64,000 nucleotides of DNA, from the NCBI RefSeq assembly GCF_006345805.1, contig NC_042998.1, positions 104,284,001-104,348,000 of the forward strand. Reading direction: 5' to 3'. The stretch comes from Octopus sinensis. Taxonomy: Eukaryota. Made by a program: the position numbers and the translations under genes. Shown piece after piece: positions 54,184-64,000 of this stretch (positions within the stretch are counted from its first letter, which is position 1; every line of letters starts with the position of its first letter). The notes under the pieces are model-generated. The model did no database searches. It had not been told where the DNA came from and worked only from the letters and a program-made list of their open reading frames with translations.

Positions 54184-55207
54184 TGACTGTGTTTGTACAT
54201 ATGTTTGCCGCGATACGTGTGCACCTTTGTGTACTTATGAGAAGGAGTGCGCATGTGTATAGATGTTTATGCGGGGATGTATGCCAGTGAATCTGCTGTC
54301 ATACTTTTGCTATGTATATGGTGAGTGTGTAATTGCGTATGAGTTGCACATGTGCATGAGCGCGCCCGTGTGTGCGTGTGTGTGTGAGAGTGGAGGATGT
54401 GGGGGGTGTTTGTGAAAGTAGCCGGGGCACTGATAATGAGCGGAAATCTGTGCATTATTAACGACAATTAATGTTCATCTCACTCGGAAAGCGATTCTTT
54501 TCTTCCTGAATTACCAACCCACTCCTTTATCCTTCCACAAAAGTTGGGAGCAAGAAACACAGAGAAAGAGACAGAGAGAGAGAGAGAGAAAGGAGGAGAA
54601 GAAAGAAGGGAGGAACGTGGTGGAGGGAAGTGGGGATTAGAGAATTTCCAGCTTCTTTCCAATTCTCGCCTCCAAACCAATAGATTCTTGGCAACAATGA
54701 CGCCAATATGGCCAGCAGGGATTCTCTCTCCCACTTTTTCTCCCTCTGATTCTCAATCATTATTTTTCCTCTTTCTTTTTTTCTCTTTTCTCTCACTCTG
54801 TAGTTCTCTTTATACGCACACATTCATACTCACGTATAAACACACACTCGCACACACACACACACACATACACACACATACACATGTATAGTTCTCTCAC
54901 ATTTTCTCCGTGTTTCTTATTTTATTCTTTCCCATTCTGTGTGTGTGTCTCTCTCTCTCTCTCCCCTCCCTCCTCTCACTGATTTCCTCTCCCACCAAAA
55001 TGCCGATCTGATAATTGCAAATCGACCAAAATACACACACACACGCGCACACACACACATACACACACAGGCGCACGCACAATACATGCTTAAACACATA
55101 CATACGTAGTATACTGCCAGATACACACATAATGATACTTTGACATGATTCTAATTTCAACTTTTCTTTCTCCTTTATCAACTTTAACTATTATACTTAG
55201 CAACGTC

Positions 55208-55251
<44 letters not shown>

Positions 55252-55327
55252 GTCGTCGTCGTCGTCGTTGTCGTAATCGTCATTATCACCGCCGCCACTA
55301 CCACCATGACCATCATACTTAGCAGGA

Positions 55328-55385
<58 letters not shown>

Positions 55386-56891
55386 GTCGTCGTCGTTGTC
55401 ATCATCATCATCATCATCACCAACACAGCCGTCAATCTCAGCAGGACGTTTCCACAACCACCTCCTACTTCTCCTCCTCCTCCTCCTAATCATCCTCATC
55501 ACCACCTCCACCACCACCACCACCACCGCTAGATATATTAGCGAAAGTTTCCTTAAATTACATTGTAAAATCTTCATAATCCATGATACATTGCAGTTTT
55601 AAATACAGTGACTTGAATTTAACAGGAAGGTTACGACTAAGACGTCATTGAACGCACACAGGTCTGCTTGATCAGAATTAGCCTAGGGCTAAACATCAAT
55701 AATTTTTATTCACAATACACACACACGCGCGCGCGCGCATATGAACGGACGTGCATACACACATATATAGACACAAATAGAAATACACACAGTTTTATGC
55801 CAAATAATGTCCAATTTGGCGACATCCTCATCAGCATCGTCATCATCATCGTCACCAGCAATGGCAGCAGCAGCAGCAGCAGCACCACCACCACCACCAC
55901 CACCACCACTACCACCAACACTATCACTACTACTACCACCACCACCCTAACATCACCACTACTAACACTATCAATATTATTATTTGCTTCAATATCAACA
56001 AAACGATGAGGACGCTTGACATGCTGAAGATAGCAACCAGATACATTCCTCACGTCATATCCTGTAATATTATGAAAGAAAGCATTGGATAATGTAGAAC
56101 TGGGTTACATACATATGCTGAAATGACGGGATGGTCACGATTGGCACGCCTTTGGCAAAGGTTCCACTCAATCATGTCTGATCCAAGGCTAAACAACAGC
56201 CACAGTGGCATGCAGTGAGAGAGTGAGAGAGAGAGACAGACAGACAGAGAGAAAGACAAACAGGCATAGTGTCAGAGACAGAGAGAGACAGGGAGAGAGA
56301 AACAGGCAGGCACAGATGAAGAGGAGGGAGAAGGAGAGACAAATACAGAGAAGGAAGGGAAAGACAGAGACAGACAAAGAAACAGGCGGAGAGACAGAGA
56401 GAGAAACAGACAAAGAGGGAAGGGAGAGAGAAAGAGAGAGAAACAGACAAAGAGGGAGGGGAGAGAGAAAGAGACAAACAGACAAATAAGAGGGGAGAGA
56501 GAGCAAGAGGGAGAGAGAGAGAGAGAGAGAGAAAAAACCCGTTTTTCAATAAATCCAAGTTTTATACCCCACAATTTCTGTCTGCCACAGGAGTGTGACA
56601 ATCAAAATCGCCATCATTACCATCGTGAATGTCCTCTTCGTCGCCACCATCACTACCACTAACATTAATCATGATCATCGTCGTCGTCACAGTCTCCACC
56701 ACCACAACCATCACTTCCAACTGTACCATCATCTCCATCTTCGGTGTCCTATCCACCGTTTATTACTCTCTCCATCGACATCGAACTAACCAACCGCTAC
56801 CCACTAACCTTAGTCTTGCCTATGTCACCTATGTTTGGTTAATCGCCAACTCGGAACCATTGTCTCTACCACCACTACCACCAGTAACATC

Positions 56892-56931
<40 letters not shown>

Positions 56932-57037
56932 TGTGTAAATATTGAGACCACTGAAGCAGTATCAACACTTTTTGTGTGTACCATCACCTGATCACAAATA
57001 TCACCACCTCTATGAAAGATGTCTGTATATACCTATG

Positions 57038-57103
<66 letters not shown>

Positions 57104-57137
57104 AATCTCTATCTATCTATCTATCTATCTATCTACC

Positions 57138-57216
<79 letters not shown>

Positions 57217-57866
57217 TTGTTCTCTTATATATATATGAAACCATAGGTCTAGGTCAACCGTGATTGAGCTTGACCTATGATCAAAGGTATTCAGGACAAC
57301 TCCATCCCCGTTTGTGTATGCTAATAACAGTTATATTGTCCAATGTGTTTTCTGTCTTCTATAGCTGCAGGGGTTTTATTCTAGGGTCATTTGGCAGCCT
57401 TTTGTACTAAACTGGGCGACCACGTAGCATCCTCGATGTTAATTGTGTTGTTGTTGTTCCTGGTACAGCTGTCTTCGTTGTTGATTTTGATGTTGTTGTT
57501 GTTGTTTAGTTTCTTTCAAAAGGTCAAGTTTGGCTTTCGTCCATCTGATATTGATAAAATAAGTACCAGTCGAGAGTACTGGTACTTTGATTGCCAAAAA
57601 TATCAGGCATAGCACCTATATTAAAAATCGTTATCATTAAGAGTATTTTTCGTTGTTGTATCAAGTTAAATGGCTTAACATACTATGGTCAAGCAGCTCT
57701 GAGGTTCACTTTGACTTTCATCCTACAGAGATAGGTCAAATACTGAAATCACATAACTCTACACCAGTACTTTCACAAAAATGCGCTGGCTAAATTAGAA
57801 ACCATATTCACACACACAGACACATACACATACATACATACATACATACATACATACATACATACA

Positions 57867-57902
<36 letters not shown>

Positions 57903-58077
57903 TATATATATGTGTATACAAGTGTATGTGTATTTTTCCAATGTGTACAAATAACACGAAAAAAAAATTGTTACCAGGGTAGCAAAAAGTTCACATAAGT
58001 ACCAAGGATGTTACAGCCTACTTTATAAAGGTAGAAATTCCAGGGTTTAGTGAAATGTTTTTGTATAGCTGATAAAA

Positions 58078-58245
58078 AAAGAAATGGAGTTAAATGCAGG
58101 TGTTATTCAAATCTTTATACTTCCGACATGTATTTCGAAGAAAACATTGGTATTATTCCAAATGGAATAATACCCATGTTTTATTCGAAACATATGTCGG
58201 AAGTATAAAGATTTGAATAACACCTACGTTTAACTCCATTTCTTT
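58078..58245. repeat. Non-microsatellite hairpin, 83-bp arms, 2-nt centre
   Basis: 58078-58160 versus 58163-58245: 77/83 complementary. Confidence 0.93.
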
Positions 58246-59717
58246 ATGTATATGTACTCTGAACTGTTTAGTTTCCAGAGGGAGATTAAACTGTCGGATT
58301 GACTATTTAGTGATACTCTGAGCATTCAAATCCTGCCAGAATGAGCTTTTCATCCTTGTAGGGTCGTTGAATGAAACAGTCTAGCAGTAATTAGATGGCT
58401 TCTCTCCCACCTCTTTCATGCCAGTCTGTGGAGAGGATATTTTTCGCAAGGTTTTAATACACAAGATATGGCGCCTATTCGTCACTAACGGGAGTTGCGA
58501 GCTGAATCGATGCTTATTAGTTCAAGAGAAATTATCCTTGCAGTATTTAGTTGCAGATACGATCCGCATTTAAATCCCATTGAACATGCATGTATACATT
58601 TATACATTATCATCGTCCGACCTCAGCGAAATTTACTTCAAGTCAAACAACGGTGGTACGGAACAAATACCACAAGTTATGGTATCTGACTTTATAGTAA
58701 CTCTGACAACGTAACAAAAATTAGAACAGCTCTTCCAGATAATACTTAGAAAATAACAAAAATGTCCTTACTAAAGATGATTTAAAATGCATACACTCTC
58801 TTCACAAGCACAATTTATGATTATATGCAAATATACGAGGCCAATACGATTATAATAAACACCAACATTTCTTTGATTTTCCAAGTTAACTACTCAAATG
58901 CTGGATTATTTCTAACAAAATAGTCAGTTACGTCTGAGGGTGTTGTCAACCATATCTTTTAGTATGTCTGTGCTTTATCCATTATAAACTACACTTAGGT
59001 TTTCGAAATCTCAACGATTTTAACAAATTTAAGTTTTAATTACTTTTCCTTACTTGGGGAATATGAAGAAACTATCATGTGTGTGTAATACCAATTGTTT
59101 AAATCAAACGGTAATGATATAATGTATCCGTACAAAGTTTACCAGATAAAACGTTACAACATATGAGAGGGAGAGAAATCTGTTCATATTTATATATACT
59201 CGAGCATTCTGACACAGTAACCTTGCTTTCGTTTACCCAACAATTGTAGATCGACGAATTGTTTGGTGACATTAAAGTACCATCATCAAAATCTCTACAG
59301 AGAAAAAATGTATCAAATTGAAGAATCAATAAAGAGACAGATAAATAAAAGGGTATCGATCAGGTATCGTCAATCACACAACTGATAGATCGTGAATTTA
59401 TATTCAGTCATTTTAGAGAGTGTTTCTGAGATAAAAATAATCAAAACTTTTGTTACAGCAGTAAATTGCTTGAATGGTCAAGTCGATAGGGTGCTAAACA
59501 AGCAGCCATTGGTGTATCTAGGACAACATTATCAGATAAGGTTTTCTTATTTTTGTTACTGATTTTTCACTTAAAGATGGCAAGGTCTGATTTAAGGGAT
59601 ATTTGTCTTTCAAGTCAAGAAACAACATCAACAAGCATCCTTGACTTGTTCAGAGGAAATGTGTGTGCGTGTGTGTGTATGTTTATATTTATATATTTAT
59701 GCATACATACAATATGT

Positions 59718-60010
59718 GAAGGTACATGACTCAGTTGCTAGAGTGTCGAGCTCACAAGCATGAGGCAGTGGGTTCGATTCTCGGAGCGGGTTGAGTGTTG
59801 TATTCTTGAGCAAGACACTTTATTTCACGTTGCTCCGGTTCACTCAGCTGTAGAAATGAGTTGCGATATCACTCCTGCCAAGCTATATCGGCCTCTGCCT
59901 TTCCCTTGGATAACATCACACGGGTGGAGAGGGGCGGCATAAGAGCGATTGCTAATTTTCCATAAACAACCTTACCCGGACTTGTGCCTTGGAGGGGAAC
60001 TTTCTAGATG
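59718..60010 (+). mobile_element. SINE family E (tRNA-like head, CORE-like centre)
   Basis: TGACTCAGTTGCTAGAG..GGTTCGATTCTCGG (A/B boxes), then GTTGTATTCTTGAGCAAGACACTTTATTTCAC..CACTCAGCTGTAGAAATGAG. Confidence 0.8.
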
Positions 60011-61391
60011 CAGATCAAAATTTGTAGCAACGATATAGGTGAGTAACACCACCAATCAAGTTTAGATTTTAAAAACTTTTTTTAGTTTCAAAGCAAAATA
60101 TATTTATCTTAGATCCAATGATAGAAGAAAGCATGTAGAATTTTATAGTTTTGGTCCCATGCAACAAAAATTTGTATCAAAACAGTTGTGAGATAAAATA
60201 TCATGAAAAAATATGTAAGGCAAAAATTGGATTTAAGTATAATTAACATTTTTATTTTAAAGACAAACTATATTTTAATTAAGCTTTAATCATAGAGCTC
60301 AATTCAAAGAATTTCAGGGTATCAATCTCATGCAATGAAGATTTAAAAGAAAGTTATGAGTGTTTGTTTCGCAAATTTGAGCGTGATGATATAGTTCTAT
60401 ACTTTGTTTTAATAAGTGGATTTTTTATATATGTCACCGTTGTCATTGACATAAAGAAAAAAATTATCAATGACACTGCTAATTAATACATTTGACACAT
60501 TATTAATTAGCATAATAGCATAGCCTGAAAAAAACACGGATTACTTGGAAAACTGCGAGCAAGAGAAATATTCTTAAGATTATAAACCTGAAAAATTATA
60601 GGACAAGTTATTACGTCTGGTAAAGTACAAAGCAAGACAATTTTTACTTAAAATATTGCAGCTAATGATAAAATTTGATTATTAAAATTATTTGATTTTA
60701 ATTTACAAACTGACATTATAATTAAAAAAGGTACCATCATTTTTTTAAAATATTGACACCTTAGAATACTTTAAAAATGAGAGCAAGAAGTACCAATATA
60801 ACTACAGTTTTATGCAAAGTAGAATAGTATATATGATAGGCAAATTCATCATATACAAAATAGGCTCAAGACTAAAATTGTGAAGATTTGAGAATAACTT
60901 AGTCAATAACTGTGAATTTATTGTTATAGGTATATTTTACTGTAATATATAACTAATTTTTGTATTATTCTATTTATTATACTAATTATGTGCTATTATT
61001 ATTTTTTAACCTATTTTCGAAATTTTGATTATTAATTAATAATTTAAAAGATGAATTTTTGAAAGTGCAAAAAATAATTTGATTGATTTATTTTTTATTT
61101 TTAATAGAAGTAACAAGTAATAACGAATAGAAGTAATAACTTGTAATCAAATTTTTAATTTAAAAAAAAAGTTAATATTTTCTAAATCTAAATATTTTAT
61201 TTGAAATTTTTTCCACGGTTGCAATATTCTAAGTAAAAATTTTCTTGTTCTGTACTTTACAAGATATAATAAGGTGTCCTTAACTTTTCCAAGAGTAATA
61301 ACTTGTCCTGTATTTTTCCGGGTTTATAATCTGAAGACTATTATTTCTCTTGCTCACATTTTCACATGTAATACATGTATGTATGTATCTT

Positions 61392-61423
<32 letters not shown>

Positions 61424-61429
61424 CCTTTA

Positions 61430-61620
61430 TGTTTGTGCTTGTTCGCTACCACCGCTTGTTAACTTATGTTGGTTTATTTACTTCCTCATAATATAGTGGT
61501 TCGAGAAAGAGAACGATGGAGTAAGTATCAAGCTTAAAAAATAAGTACGAATAAAATTTCCTTCAAGGTAGTGCTCCAGTATGCCTGTAGTCTAATGAGT
61601 GAAGTAAGTAAAAGGTAAAC
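61430..61620 (+). mobile_element. SINE family B 3' half, degenerate
   Basis: ACCACCGCTTGTTAAC..TTCAAGGTAGTGCTCCAGTATGCCTGTAGTCTAATGAGTGAAG. Confidence 0.7.
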
Positions 61621-63440
61621 AGATTCCTTAGGTTAGGAATAAAACAGAAGATGCTTTCTTGCGTTCCCCATCAGTTGCAGCCAGTTTCTCAAATATAGAT
61701 GTAAAACTCGGCTGTCACACTGGCAATCATCTCCTGTCAACTTTACTTTGCACAAACGTTGGAGTTTTTCACGCAATAATAATTTCACCGTTCCTTTGGT
61801 GTTGAATTTTGCTCCATATTACAAGTATGCCTGATACAGGCTACCATTAGTCGCCTGCTTCATCTCACATATATGCATATACATTCATATACATATGCAT
61901 ATCATATATACAAGTGTATATAAAAATATATATGATGTATATATAAATGTGTGTGTGTGTATGTATGTATATATGCATATATTTATATATTATTTATATT
62001 ATATATATGTACATATAAGTATAAATATACATATACATACCTACATAACATATGTATGTATATATGCGATGTGTTTGTGTATGTTTGTGTATGTGTGTGT
62101 GTGTGACCACATCAGGACAAGATTACGTAAAAAATATTTACATCCTAATAGTTTTTGCGAATATTAAGAGTACTCGCTGAGTGAGCTCGCGTTCGCACAG
62201 AGCGCAAGGACAGTCTAAGACATGCTTATTCTACAGTCATTGTGTGGTCCACAATTGAGGTGATTCCACAGAGTAACTGTCGGTTCTGAATGGTCTTTGA
62301 CTCTTCCATGTTTCTTTATCTCTTTTCAGTTTTTGTCTTACATAATAAAGAAGGCGTCCAACCACCACACTCTCAGCCAAACATGCGTGATGGATTACTA
62401 GTTCAGTTGCCGAAAAACCCGATCATTATCAACTACAGTGTGCACCACAACATCCACGTGATTACATCTTGTATTACATACATACATCTATACATACATA
62501 CGTACGTACATACGTGTATGTGTGTGTGTTTGTGTGTTGTGCTTGAAGTGCATATATTCATATATCTGAGTGAGATATGGATTTGTGTATCTCCAGAACT
62601 GTATATGAACACGCGCGAACGATGATACTCATAGATAAATTTAAATTACAACAATCTGCTACATTTTGTATCCTTATCAAATCTCATTATATTTATCAAT
62701 ATTTTTGTGTATTAGGTATACATTTATCTATGTGCGTTTATGTGTGCATGGAATTTACTCTATAAGATAATGTACAGTGGATATATTTATACAAAATTAC
62801 ATGTATGTATATATCCATGTCTGTATGTATCTATGCATCTATGTACATATTCAATTTCCTGTGCGTAAATGCATATATTAATGCGAAAACATTCTATATC
62901 TGAATTAGGTTTACTGTATATAAATATACATACGTATATACATCTATATTATTCGTAGAGAAATGTAAACAAGGATATGTGTGTGTATGCTTTTTCCTTA
63001 TGTGTGTGTGTGTGTGTGTAAATAAATTATATACATATGATTTTTAATATGATCCATCCTTTTCTAGTAAAAAAACTCTGTCTTTTGCGTTAACATCTTT
63101 CTCTACAGGTGTCCGCCTTTAGTTAGTGTGTGTGTATATGACAGGATGTAGGTATGTGTTGTGCTTTGGCGATGCAGATTAATAATATCAATAATATTTA
63201 CGTGATAACAGTGTACTCCTAGCGGCGGGTTACCTGTCCTGTCGTATAAGCCCGATGAAGGGTGAAATTTGGAACCTAATGTATCATGATTAACATACTG
63301 CATACTGGTGCAGATCGACTCCAGCACTCGACTGATATTTTATTTATCCCGCGAAGATGAAAGGGAAGACTACAAGACAAAGGGATTTGAGCTGAAAGCT
63401 TAAACCCGGAACAATTATCAAAAGCGTTTTGCCTAGGTGC

Positions 63441-63598
63441 AGGAATAGGTGTATGGTAAGAAGCTTGCTTCCCAACCACATGGTTCCAGGTTTAATCCCA
63501 CTGTGTGGTGCCTTGGGTAGATAACTTCTACTATAGCCTCGGGTCTTCTAAAGCCCAGCGAGCGGATTTGTTTGACGGAAACTGAAAGAAGCCTGTCG
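63441..63598 (+). mobile_element. SINE family B 5' half, back-to-back with a degenerate family A copy (~63290-63430, minus)
   Basis: GTATGGTAAGAAGCTTGCTTCCCAACCACATGGTTCC..GTGGTGCCTTGGG..CTACTATAGCCTCGGG..GACGGAAACTGAAAGAAGCC. Confidence 0.85.
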
Positions 63599-63599
63599 C

Positions 63600-63808
63600 G
63601 TGACCGCGTGTGCATCGTTGGCGATTTTTTGCTCCGTCTTCCCTTTTTTGGATCTTTCCTTTTTCTATGTTTCTGACGAAGAGCTCCGCTCGAAACGTTA
63701 AATCCTCCTTATTTCTTTCCTTTCCTGAACATCCAATAACACTATACTTGTTCCACGTCCTCGCGTTGTTGTGTTTTCTCTTTGTGTTTTCATGTTTGGA
63801 TTAACTAT
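63600..63808 (+). mobile_element. Penelope-like terminal fragment
   Basis: T-rich segment carrying CTGACGAAGAGCTCCGCTCGAAACGTT and ending before (CA)n. Related to 20999-21155. Confidence 0.55.
63669..63703 (+). ncRNA. Minimal type I hammerhead ribozyme motif with intact catalytic core
   Basis: GTTT-CTGACGA-A-GAGC(TCC)GCTC-GAAA-CG-T-T-AAAT. CUGANGA and GAAA boxes are intact, stem II is 4 bp, the palindromic ACGT replaces stem III, the cleavage triplet is GUU and stem I is only 4 bp. Confidence 0.6.
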
Positions 63809-63817
63809 ACACACACA

Positions 63818-63914
<97 letters not shown>

Positions 63915-64000
63915 CGAGAGATAAATTGATAGATAGAGAGATAAATAGATATGTGTGTGTATGTGTGTGTGTGTATGTGTGTGTGTGTGTGTGTGTGTAT

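Noticed and set aside
54600-54730. Three CCAAT motifs as a possible promoter
   Set aside because: No downstream exon or other support; expected by chance in AT-rich DNA.
61690-61860. Possible mariner N-terminal fragment on the minus strand
   Set aside because: Similarity is too weak and no TIR pair was identified.
62290-62625. Candidate exon after TTTATCTCTTTTCAG
   Set aside because: No recognisable protein similarity or convincing donor, and the ORF runs into microsatellite; needs RNA-seq.

Overview
AT-rich, microsatellite-saturated eukaryotic non-coding DNA (intergenic or a large intron). The SINE set and repeat landscape match my recollection of octopus (coleoid cephalopod) genomes; this is unverified. 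I recognise no intact host gene. Almost all listed ORFs are translations of simple repeats, and the rest are transposon fossils. Contents: (1) many 5'-truncated or internally deleted R4/Dong-type non-LTR retrotransposon pieces (RT, CCHC, restriction-like endonuclease), mostly stacked co-oriented in (TAA)n tracts at ~14.4-18.5, 19.7-20.5 and 41.2-43.0 kb; (2) a decayed L1/Tx1-type LINE, two CR1-type LINE pieces and a mariner transposase fossil; (3) four tRNA-derived SINE families, one sharing its 3' tail with the CR1 LINE; (4) a non-autonomous Helitron, a pogo-like MITE and an unclassified TIR element; (5) Penelope-like terminal fragments with minimal hammerhead ribozyme motifs; (6) several near-perfect fold-back palindromes, including a 779-bp one centred on (TA)n. 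All alignments were done by eye and boundaries are approximate unless TSDs or TIRs are quoted.
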